From NCBI GenBank assembly GCA_903789535.1, contig CAIFES010000004.1, positions 6,255-70,254 on the forward strand: a stretch of DNA of 64,000 nt, given 5' to 3'. The DNA comes from an uncultured Aeriscardovia sp. Lineage in GTDB: Bacteria; Actinomycetota; Actinomycetes; Actinomycetales; Bifidobacteriaceae. This document shows positions 26,522 through 34,278 of this stretch, in pieces (position 1 is the first letter of the stretch; the number at the start of each line of letters is the position of its first letter). The translations under genes were made by a program, and so were the position numbers. The notes under the pieces are model-generated. The model worked only from the letters and a program-made list of their open reading frames with translations. It had not been told where the DNA came from and made no database searches.

Positions 26522-29235
26522 CACCGCCGCCGATCCTGATTGTCGCCATCCGCACCATCGGCATCGCCATCACGATCAACGCCGTCACGGGCATCATCAC
26601 TATCCCTGCTGTCGGCGGCTTCCTCGTCCTCCTGCCCGTCCGCGCCAAGCAGCTCGCTGATCGGCGCGACACGGTAGTGCTCGAACACCACCGAGCCCTC
26701 CTCCTGCGTGGCGTCGAGATCCACGTCCGCGTCGATGGCCCAGTCATGGTCGCCTTCGACGTCGTCGAGTATCTGCCGGGCATGCCATGTATGGCGGTCA
26801 TTCTCATGCGTTCGGTCGAGCAGGAAGAACTTCGTCGAACGCGCGTCCTGGTCGGTCAGGATCTGCTGGTGATCCTCATAAATGTCGTCGAGCGTGTCGT
26901 CCCAGGCATGCACATTCATGCCCCAGTCGCGGTCGAGACTGGCAAGCGCCTGCGCGTCCTCGTGGTCGATGAGCAGCACACGGCGGAAGAGGGCGTTGCG
27001 GATGAGCAGGCCCATACCCTTCGGGTCCTCCACCACGCGCTCTTCCTGCCGCGGCGCGGCGGCCGAGGCGCCGTCCTGCTCGGAATCGGCATTCTCCCAT
27101 TCGTCCACGAGCGAGGAATCGACGGTCCTGACCACAAGACGCAGCCAGTCGATGATCTCGTCGAGCCGGTCGTCGAGCTTCTCGTCAGGGACGGTTCGGC
27201 TGAGCACGCGGTAGGCGTCGGACAGGTAGCGCAGCAGCGTGCCCTCGCTGCGGGCGATGCCGTAGCGGGCGATGTAGCCGTTGAAATCCGAGGCGGTCTC
27301 CACCATGTCGCGCAGAACTGATTTGGGCGAGAGCTCGAAGTCGGCGGCCCACGGCACGTCGTGCTTGTACTCGTCGAACGCCTGGCTCAGCAGCTCCTCG
27401 AGCGGCTTGGGATAGGTGACGTCCTGGAGCTGCTCCATGCGGTCCTCGTATTCGAGTCCGTCCTCTTTCATGCGTGCCAGCGCCGCATCGCGCGCCTGGC
27501 GCTGCTGTGCCTTGAGCACCGGCCACGGGTCCTCGAGCGTTGCCTCGACCATGGAGAGCAGGTCCATGTCGTAGGTGGGAGAATCCGGGTCGAGCAGCTC
27601 GAGCGCGGCGAGCAGGAACGGCGAGAGCGGCTCGTTAAGGGCGAAGTTGTCGGGGATGTCGATGGTCGGCTCGTAGACGACGGTCCCGTCCGCGCGCTCA
27701 TGCCGTTCGACCACATCCGTGTTGATGAGCGTGGCGAAGATCTCATCGGCCCTGTTCTCCAGCTCCTCTTTCTGCTTCGGCGTCTGACGCGAGTCATTGA
27801 TGAGGTCGGACAGACGCATGCGCGCGTCGCCGCCCTGCCACACCTCGTCGAGCACCATCGAATGGGTGATCTGCATGCGCGGGATGAGCGTCTCGGGCTC
27901 CATATTGATCAGCTTGGTGAACGTCTGCTCGTCCCAGCCGACGAAGCCCTCGCGCGGTGACTTCTTGTGGATTTTCTTGAGCTTCTTCGGGTCCCCCTTC
28001 GCCTTGGCGACGGCCCGGGCGTTCTCGATCTCATAGTCGGGCGCCTCGGCCACCACCAGGCCCTGGGAGTCGAATCCCGAGCGGCCGGCGCGGCCGGCGA
28101 TCTGATGGAACTCGCGGGCGCGCAGCCGGCGCTGGCGGTTGCCGTCGAACTTCGTCAGGGCTGTGAGGATCACTGTATGGATGGGCACATTGATGCCCAC
28201 GCCGAGCGTGTCGGTGCCACAGATGACGGGCAGCAGACCCCTCTGGGCGAGCCTCTCGACCAGAAGCCGGTAGCGCGGCAGCATGCCCGCGTGGTGTACG
28301 CCCACGCCGGTGACGAGCAGACGGCGCAGCGTCCTGCCGAAGGCGGTGGTGAAGCGAAAACCGGAAAGCTCGGCTTTGATGGCCTCGCGCTGCTCTTTCG
28401 TGGCGACGCCGTAGCTGGACAGATCCTGCGCGTCGGCGAGCGCCGCCTCCTGGGCGAAGTGGACCACGTAGATGGGCGAGTCGCCTTTTTCCAGCAGCGA
28501 GGAGATGGTCTCGGGCAGCGCGGTCGTCACATACTTGTAGCTCAGCGGAACAGGCCGCGGCGCGTCGGCGATGAGCTCTGTCTGCCGGTCGGTCTGCTTG
28601 TCGAGCAATTTTTCGATATCGGTGGTGTCTCCGAGCGTGGCGCTCATGAGCAGGAATTGTGTATGCGGCAGGGTGAGCAGCGGCACCTGCCAGGCCCAGC
28701 CGCGCTGAGGGTCGCCGTAGAAGTGGAACTCGTCCATCGCCACGCAGCCGATGTCGCGCCCCTCGCCGCGCAGGGCCGCGTTGGCGAGGATCTCGGCGGT
28801 GCAGCAGATGAGCGGGGCGTCGGCGTTGATGCGCGTGTCGCCGGTGATCATGCCCACGTTGTCCTTGCCGAAGATCTCGACGAGGTCGAAGAATTTCTCC
28901 GAGACGAGCGCCTTGATGGGGGCAGTGTACCAGCCGCGCCGGCCGGTGGCGAGGGCGAGGAACATGAGTGCCTGGGCGACCATCGACTTGCCCGAACCGG
29001 TGGGCGTGGACAGGATCACATGCTCGTCGGAGACGAGAGAAAGCACCGCGTCCTGCTGGTGTTGCCAAGGGTTATAACCGCGGCTTTCCACCCAGGCGAA
29101 GAAATCATCGTAAATCTCATCGGCAGGAAGATCGGAGCCGTCCTCGGGCAGGAAGTCGAGCAGATCGAGCGGCGTGCCGGTCTGCTGATCGCCATCCCCG
29201 TCATCGTGACGCTGCTGCACTGTGGGCTCGGCCAT
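26521..29235 (-). CDS. Ski2-like DEAD/DEAH-box helicase with a large C-terminal domain (DUF3516-type, by memory)
   Basis: STPTGSGKS, DEFH, MSATLG, HHAGMLP and QIAGRAGRSG helicase motifs. I prefer ATG 29235 after GGGGAGGA; the track ORF extends to 29358. Confidence 0.85.
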   Translation of the reverse strand: MAEPTVQQRHDDGDGDQQTGTPLDLLDFLPEDGSDLPADEIYDDFFAWVESRGYNPWQHQQDAVLSLVSDEHVILSTPTGSGKSMVAQALMFLALATGRRGWYTAPIKALVSEKFFDLVEIFGKDNVGMITGDTRINADAPLICCTAEILANAALRGEGRDIGCVAMDEFHFYGDPQRGWAWQVPLLTLPHTQFLLMSATLGDTTDIEKLLDKQTDRQTELIADAPRPVPLSYKYVTTALPETISSLLEKGDSPIYVVHFAQEAALADAQDLSSYGVATKEQREAIKAELSGFRFTTAFGRTLRRLLVTGVGVHHAGMLPRYRLLVERLAQRGLLPVICGTDTLGVGINVPIHTVILTALTKFDGNRQRRLRAREFHQIAGRAGRSGFDSQGLVVAEAPDYEIENARAVAKAKGDPKKLKKIHKKSPREGFVGWDEQTFTKLINMEPETLIPRMQITHSMVLDEVWQGGDARMRLSDLINDSRQTPKQKEELENRADEIFATLINTDVVERHERADGTVVYEPTIDIPDNFALNEPLSPFLLAALELLDPDSPTYDMDLLSMVEATLEDPWPVLKAQQRQARDAALARMKEDGLEYEDRMEQLQDVTYPKPLEELLSQAFDEYKHDVPWAADFELSPKSVLRDMVETASDFNGYIARYGIARSEGTLLRYLSDAYRVLSRTVPDEKLDDRLDEIIDWLRLVVRTVDSSLVDEWENADSEQDGASAAAPRQEERVVEDPKGMGLLIRNALFRRVLLIDHEDAQALASLDRDWGMNVHAWDDTLDDIYEDHQQILTDQDARSTKFFLLDRTHENDRHTWHARQILDDVEGDHDWAIDADVDLDATQEEGSVVFEHYRVAPISELLGADGQEDEEAADSRDSDDARDGVDRDGDADGADGDNQDRRR

Positions 29236-29553
29236 GCCGTCCTCCCCTGTCGATTCTTCGTCGTCTGTGGCGTCGTGTGGCTGTCGGTGTCTGTCACGCG
29301 CCTTTTTCGTATCTGTCACAAGCTTATCCGCGACCGATGATGGCTCCGCCGGCAGCAATTCATCGCCGCCATCAATGTGTGATGGCGAAAAGGGGATAGC
29401 GGATCAGAGACATCGCACGGGTGATAGTCGATCAGGAATATCTGATTGCTGACGCCGGCTTGAACGGTCCGCACCAATCGGCAAAGATAGAAACGGCGGC
29501 CAACGATGGCCGGACGCGGTGAGAGACACCGCACAAGTGCTCAGGGAGGTCTG

Positions 29554-30555
29554 ATGGCACGTTTTATCTTTTACGACACGCACGACTATGAGGTCCCGTT
29601 CGTCCACGAGTGGGAGAAGAAGACCGGCAACAGCGTCGAGATGGTCACCGAGGCCCTCAACGACGAGACCGTCTCCAGGGCAAAGGGCTTTGACGGCCTG
29701 ACCTGCATGCAGACCACCTCCCTGGGCAGCGAGAAGGTATACGCCACGCTCGAGGAGTACGGCATCAAGCAGATCACTGTGCGCATGGTCGGCGTCGACA
29801 TGGTCGACCTCAAGGCCGCCGCCGCCCACCACCTCACCGTCACACACGTGCCGGTCTACTCGCCGCGCGCCATCGCCGAGATGGGCGTCACCCAGGCCAT
29901 GTACCTGCTGCGCCACATCGGCGAGTACAACCAGCGCATGGACAAGGCCGACTTCTCCTGGCCGGCCGACCTCATCGCCGACGAGATCTACACCCGCACG
30001 GTCGGTCTGATCGGCACCGGCAACATCGGCGGCGCCACCGCGCAGATCTACAAGGCCCTCGGCGCCCGCGTCATCGCCTTCGATGTGTTCGAGAACCCGG
30101 CGCTCGCCCCGTTCGTCGAGTTCGTCGACAAGGAGACCGTGCTGCGCGAGTCGGACATCATCAGCCTTCACACCCCGCTCATCCCCAGCACCCGCAACAT
30201 GATCGGTGCCAAGGAGTTCGAGATGATGAAGCCGAACGCGATCCTCATCAACCAGGCGCGTGGCGGTCTCGTCGACACGCAGGCGCTCATCGACGCGCTC
30301 GACAAGAAGGAGATCGCCGGCGCCGGCCTCGACACCCTCGCCGACGAGACCACCTACTTCGGCCACGAGGTCTCCCCCGCCGACGTGCCGGAGGACTACA
30401 AGAACCTCGCCGCCCGTCCGAACGTGGTCATCACCCCGCACGTGGCGTTCTTCACCAAGACCGCCGTGCGCAACCAGGTGCACATCGCGCTCAACGACGC
30501 GCTGACCATCGTCAACGGCGGTCGCGTGCGCAACGCCATCCACGGCGAGTTCTGA
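29554..30555 (+). CDS. D-isomer-specific 2-hydroxyacid dehydrogenase (D-lactate dehydrogenase-like)
   Basis: MARFIFYDTHDYE..., NAD-binding LIGTGNIGG, and HTPL...ARG...H catalytic context. ATG 29554 follows GGGAGG. Confidence 0.85.
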   Translation: MARFIFYDTHDYEVPFVHEWEKKTGNSVEMVTEALNDETVSRAKGFDGLTCMQTTSLGSEKVYATLEEYGIKQITVRMVGVDMVDLKAAAAHHLTVTHVPVYSPRAIAEMGVTQAMYLLRHIGEYNQRMDKADFSWPADLIADEIYTRTVGLIGTGNIGGATAQIYKALGARVIAFDVFENPALAPFVEFVDKETVLRESDIISLHTPLIPSTRNMIGAKEFEMMKPNAILINQARGGLVDTQALIDALDKKEIAGAGLDTLADETTYFGHEVSPADVPEDYKNLAARPNVVITPHVAFFTKTAVRNQVHIALNDALTIVNGGRVRNAIHGEF

Positions 30556-30569
30556 TCTCAGACTCGGCT

Positions 30570-30654
30570 GGTTCTCAGAGTCACCGGGTTCTGAGAATCG
30601 ACGAGTTCTGAGTTTCAGATAGTCGAGCTTTGGTGACGGTTCTGACAGCGTCGT
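30570..30654. repeat. Imperfect tandem array with 17-nt period built on the motif GTTCTSA
   Basis: GGTTCTCAGAGTCACCG / GGTTCTGAGAATCGACG / AGTTCTGAGTTTCAGAT / (degenerate unit) / GGTTCTGACAGCGTCGT. A further GTTCTGA at 30549..30555 contains the dehydrogenase stop codon. Confidence 0.6.
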
Positions 30655-30857
30655 CGTGACGCCTGGGAACCCGCCTTCCCCTGTCATCGGCTTGATGCAG
30701 TTCATCTGGATCACCGATGGTGGGGGATTTTTTTATATCGCGATTGATGGTTTCATCGCGAGAAATGTGTTCTCGCTTGCTGAGATCTTTGCTGTCGGAA
30801 TGATGAGTAGTTCTCGACAGTTAAATTCCGATTCTGATCACGGTCTGATCGAAATTC

Positions 30858-31955
30858 ATGAAGACTCCTTTTTGGGAGCAGCGACAGCTTGGGGACGTGG
30901 CACCGGTTGTGATGGGGCAGTCACCTGCCGGGAAAACATATTCGCATGAAGAATCCACGTACATTCTCGTTCAAGGCAACAACGACATTGTCAACGGTTT
31001 TGTCAAGCCGCGTACATGGACTACACAAAAGACTCGAGAGGTCCCAGCAGGAACCATTCTGTTCAGCGTAAGAGCACCTGTCGGCAGTCTCGCACAAACA
31101 CAATATGATGTGGTCCTTGGCCGGGGATTCGCAGGAATTAAGGGCGAAGCTTTCATTGCCTATTATCTTGAGCACCTTGGTGAGAGCGGTTACTGGCAGA
31201 GAATGAGTTCTGGATCAGTTCTGGATGCCATCACGGGGCCAGAACTGCGTACGACTCCAATTGCGCTACCATCCGAGCCAGAACGTCAGAGGCTCACCCA
31301 ATTCTTCGACACCCTCGGGTCACTCATCGCTGCCGCCGAGCGTAAATGCGACCTGCTCAAGCTCAAAAAACAGGCGTATCTCCAGCAGATGTTCCCGCAG
31401 AATGGTGAGGAACAGCCGCGTTTGAGGTTCAAAGGATTTACAGGAGATTGGGAACAGCGACAGCTCGGGGAATTGGCTGAAGTGGGAACTGGATCGCACA
31501 ACACACAAGATGGTAAGCAGGCCGGTTTATATCCTTTCTTCATTCGATCTGAGCAAAAACTATTCATGGATAGTTTCGACTTCGACGAAGAAGCTATTCT
31601 GGTTCCTGGCGACGGAAGAATCGGAGAAGTATTCCATTATCAGAATGGACCTTATGCTCTTCATCAACGGGTCTATCGTCTCCATGATTTCCACGGCATC
31701 TCGGCCCATTTTCTTCTGTACCTATTGGAATCTGGATTCAGAGCACATGCGCTCAAGGTCAATTCCCAAGGAACGGTACCGTCTTTGAGACATGCATCGT
31801 TTACCGATTGGCTTGTCCAGATCCCTTCTCCGCAAGAACAAGAAGCAATAGCCCTTCTCCTAGCACAGCTCGATTCCCTCATCTCAGCCGCCGAGCACAA
31901 GCTCGAAACCCTCAAACAGCTCAAGCAAGGCTACCTGCAGCAGATGTTTGTCTGA
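30858..31955 (+). CDS. hsdS: Type I R-M specificity subunit cassette (hsdS'), probably silent
   Basis: Two TRDs separated by the conserved FFDTLGSLIAAAERK...LKKQAYLQQMF region, with a C-terminal LKQLKQGYLQQMFV. There is no SD before the ATG and a TGA lies 4 codons upstream. It lacks the N-terminal ...QPRLRFKGFTD segment seen in the operon-linked hsdS. Confidence 0.85.
   Translation: MKTPFWEQRQLGDVAPVVMGQSPAGKTYSHEESTYILVQGNNDIVNGFVKPRTWTTQKTREVPAGTILFSVRAPVGSLAQTQYDVVLGRGFAGIKGEAFIAYYLEHLGESGYWQRMSSGSVLDAITGPELRTTPIALPSEPERQRLTQFFDTLGSLIAAAERKCDLLKLKKQAYLQQMFPQNGEEQPRLRFKGFTGDWEQRQLGELAEVGTGSHNTQDGKQAGLYPFFIRSEQKLFMDSFDFDEEAILVPGDGRIGEVFHYQNGPYALHQRVYRLHDFHGISAHFLLYLLESGFRAHALKVNSQGTVPSLRHASFTDWLVQIPSPQEQEAIALLLAQLDSLISAAEHKLETLKQLKQGYLQQMFV
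30872..30901 (+). repeat. IR1-left, 30 bp: TTGGGAGCAGCGACAGCTTGGGGACGTGGC
   Basis: Exact reverse complement of 34145..34174. It encodes WEQRQLGDV at the 5' end of both hsdS genes. Confidence 0.9.
31320..31342 (+). repeat. IR2-left, 23 bp: TCACTCATCGCTGCCGCCGAGCG
   Basis: Reverse complement of 33670..33692 with one mismatch. It encodes SLIAAAER in the central conserved region of both hsdS genes. Confidence 0.85.
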
Positions 31956-31956
31956 G
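31941..31956 (+). repeat. IR3-left, 16 bp: CAGATGTTTGTCTGAG
   Basis: Exact reverse complement of 33020..33035. It spans the last codons and stop of both hsdS genes, and is embedded in roughly 55 nt of about 85 percent identity by eye. Confidence 0.8.
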
Positions 31957-32025
31957 CAGTGTTCGTCCCTGCTGTGCCTACTGTCCTTTCTGCCACTGGC
32001 ACCATGCCGGCGGCGGGAAGGAATC

Positions 32026-32946
32026 ATGTATAAAAATCAGTTGCTGACGAACTATTACTCGGAATGGGTCGAGACGTATAAGCGTGGTGCAGTCTCGGAC
32101 GTCACCTTGCGCAAGTATTTGATGACGGCGAGGCGCCTGCGCGAGCTCGCGCCCGCCTTGACGCTGCACGATCTGTCACGGCTGGCATATCAGCGTCTGC
32201 TCAACACGTATGCCCTGACCCATGAGCGGCAGACCGTGCTGGACTTTCATCATCAGGTGAAGGCGGCGATCGAGGATGCGGTCGATGAGGGGATCATCCG
32301 TCACGACCCGACCCGTAAGGCCGTCATCAAAGGCACAACCCGGCGAGCGCACAAACCGAAGTACCTGAGCAAGTTCGAGCTGACGAAGCTGCTCGAGCAG
32401 ATGGTGCCGGACGATGATCATCCGTACGATTTCCTGTTGCTGCTGATTGCCAAGACCGGGCTGCGCTTTGCCGAGGCGCTGGGGCTCACACCGGCCGATA
32501 TCGATTTTCAGACGCAGCAGCTGAGCGTGACGAAGACGTGGAATTATAAAAGCATCACTGGCGGGTACGCTCCGACGAAGAACGAGTCGTCAAAACGCAA
32601 GGTACGGCTCGACTGGATGCTGTGTATGCAGCTCAAGCAGAAATGCCGTGGTCTCAGGTCTGATCAGCCTCTTTTCGTTGTCCCTGGAAAACGAATTTTC
32701 AACGCGACCGTCAACAAACGACTGGAGGAGCTGTGCCGTATGGCCGGCGTGCCCGTCATCTCTGTCCACGGCCTGCGGCATACGCACGCCTCGCTGCTTC
32801 TGTACGCAGGTGTGTCCGTCGCCTCCGTGGCGAAGAGACTCGGTCACGCCAACATGTCCACTACAGAAACGACATACCTGCATATCATCCGCGAGCTTGA
32901 GGCGAAGGACAACGACAAAGTGATGCAGTTCCTCAGCACGTTGTGA
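32026..32946 (+). CDS. Tyrosine site-specific recombinase (phage-integrase family), shufflon invertase candidate
   Basis: GLRFAEAL (Arg I), HGLRHTHAS (His-x-x-Arg) and TTYLHI (Tyr) catalytic signature. ATG 32026 follows GGAAGGA. The track start at 31948 is a TTG inside the hsdS' stop region. Confidence 0.9.
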   Translation: MYKNQLLTNYYSEWVETYKRGAVSDVTLRKYLMTARRLRELAPALTLHDLSRLAYQRLLNTYALTHERQTVLDFHHQVKAAIEDAVDEGIIRHDPTRKAVIKGTTRRAHKPKYLSKFELTKLLEQMVPDDDHPYDFLLLLIAKTGLRFAEALGLTPADIDFQTQQLSVTKTWNYKSITGGYAPTKNESSKRKVRLDWMLCMQLKQKCRGLRSDQPLFVVPGKRIFNATVNKRLEELCRMAGVPVISVHGLRHTHASLLLYAGVSVASVAKRLGHANMSTTETTYLHIIRELEAKDNDKVMQFLSTL

Positions 32947-32960
32947 GATGCTGCGACTAC

Positions 32961-33017
32961 CAGTAAGCCGTCCTATCGGGCGCATCCCTCGAGAAGCTCA
33001 GATAGGGCGGCTTACTG
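32961..33017. terminator. Long hairpin between the convergent recombinase and hsdS genes
   Basis: CAGTAAGCCGTCCTATC ... GATAGGGCGGCTTACTG form a 17-bp stem (one G.U pair) with a 23-nt loop and no clear U tract. Confidence 0.45.
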
Positions 33018-33019
33018 TT

Positions 33020-33035
33020 CTCAGACAAACATCTG
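33020..33035 (-). repeat. IR3-right
   Basis: CTCAGACAAACATCTG is the exact reverse complement of 31941..31956. Confidence 0.8.
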
Positions 33036-34244
33036 TTGGAGATAACCCTGCTTGAGCTGCTTGAGGGCCTCGAGCTTGCGTTCCGAGACTGAGATCTGAG
33101 AGTCAAGGGCATTAAAGAATGTGCCGATGGCCTGTTGCTCATCCTCAGACGGAATACGTATTTTCTGTTTGAACAGATCCTCCGGTACAAGTTCGTTCAT
33201 GATTGTTCCGCGCTTTGTCGAACGAATAAGTACAGGCCGCATGATCTGTTCATTGCGAAGAAGACATTTCCAGAACGAAAGAACAAGTGGTCTGCGTGGG
33301 CGTATCGCGCGAAAACGCGGAGACATGATTCCGACGCCGATATCGTTGAGAACAAGCTGACCGAACGGATGTGTCCGATGGCGATTCCCCTCGAAGGCAA
33401 TATCACCAGGGCGAAGAACCCTATATGTATTCAGAGAATCTGCAGCAGCAGACTTATCGCTGAATGACATTTTTGCTACTGAGATGAACTGTGATGCAGG
33501 GAATTGCCCATCGTTTCTCTCTTCATCCAGATCGAATAGATCACCAAGCTTCTGCTGCTCCCAGTCACCAGAAAAGCCCTTAAACCTCGTATGCGGCTGC
33601 AGTTCTCCTTTAGCCGTGAATAGACGTCGAAGATACGCAGCCTTCTCTAGGGCCAAAGTGCGAAGATGTCGCTCGGCGGCAGCTATGAGTGAATCGAGAA
33701 TTCGGAAGAATGTACCAATATTTTTCTGCTCTGTGATAGAAGGAATCGCGATAGGCATTTTCTCCATGGTTTTGGCAGAGACTTCGAGGAAAGTCGAACC
33801 CCCGGCCATTCTTTCTGCCCATGTCTTCGCTGTCAGACTCCGGCAATACATGAAGTAGATATCCATGTGGTCGTCGAGCACCCAAGATTGGAATCCCTGG
33901 TTGGTTGTAGCCGTCGTCAGCAAGATCGCCGTATCTCCGATTCCCGCACGCGAAGTAAACAGGATTGTTCTACCAGCCGGGAGTAGCGTTGCAGAACTAT
34001 GTTCCAACCCGCTTTGAGAAATCTTTCGACGGCTTTCTGACGCATATACAGATTGACCGATCTCATTAGGCGAAAACCAGTTGATATCGCCATTCCAATA
34101 ATCGGGGTTTGAGGTGTCGGGCGTTCCGCCTCCTACGATCTGAGCCACGTCCCCAAGCTGTCGCTGCTCCCAAGGGTCTGTGAACCCCTTGAACCGTAGT
34201 CTCGGCTGGAGTTCCTTCTTGGCTGATTTGCCTGTGTTTGTCAT
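33021..34244 (-). CDS. hsdS: Type I R-M specificity subunit (expressed copy, downstream of hsdM)
   Basis: MTNTGKSAKKELQPRLRFKGFTDPWEQRQLGDV..., central FFRILDSLIAAAERH, second PHTRFKGFSGDWEQQKLGDL and C-terminal LKQLKQGYLQQMFV. ATG 34244 follows GGGAGCAG and lies 35 nt after the hsdM stop. Confidence 0.9.
   Translation of the reverse strand: MTNTGKSAKKELQPRLRFKGFTDPWEQRQLGDVAQIVGGGTPDTSNPDYWNGDINWFSPNEIGQSVYASESRRKISQSGLEHSSATLLPAGRTILFTSRAGIGDTAILLTTATTNQGFQSWVLDDHMDIYFMYCRSLTAKTWAERMAGGSTFLEVSAKTMEKMPIAIPSITEQKNIGTFFRILDSLIAAAERHLRTLALEKAAYLRRLFTAKGELQPHTRFKGFSGDWEQQKLGDLFDLDEERNDGQFPASQFISVAKMSFSDKSAAADSLNTYRVLRPGDIAFEGNRHRTHPFGQLVLNDIGVGIMSPRFRAIRPRRPLVLSFWKCLLRNEQIMRPVLIRSTKRGTIMNELVPEDLFKQKIRIPSEDEQQAIGTFFNALDSQISVSERKLEALKQLKQGYLQQMFV
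33670..33692 (-). repeat. IR2-right
   Basis: CGCTCGGCGGCAGCTATGAGTGA is the reverse complement of IR2-left, apart from one base. Confidence 0.85.
34145..34174 (-). repeat. IR1-right
   Basis: GCCACGTCCCCAAGCTGTCGCTGCTCCCAA is the exact reverse complement of 30872..30901. Confidence 0.9.
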
Positions 34245-34278
34245 AATTGCCGCTGCTCCCAAACGAAAATAATCGCGA

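Larger units (their letters stand above)
30872..34174. mobile_element. Predicted invertible segment of the hsdS shufflon (outermost repeat pair)
   Basis: Bounded by a perfect 30-bp inverted repeat. It contains both sets of TRDs and the tyrosine recombinase gene. Confidence 0.7.

Noticed and set aside
30570-30654. The 17-nt periodic array as a CRISPR-like array.
   Set aside because: The units are contiguous with no spacers, far shorter than CRISPR repeats, and no cas genes are present. No CRISPR array was seen anywhere in the window.
30656-30949. A 97-aa plus-strand ORF running into the start of hsdS', which might supply a missing N-terminus.
   Set aside because: It is in a different frame from hsdS', hydrophobic and low-complexity, with no HsdS-like PRLRFKGF motif.
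32026-32946. The tyrosine recombinase as a prophage or integrative-element integrase.
   Set aside because: There are no phage, conjugation or excisionase genes and no tRNA attachment site. It is flanked by inverted hsdS genes sharing repeats, which fits a dedicated invertase.
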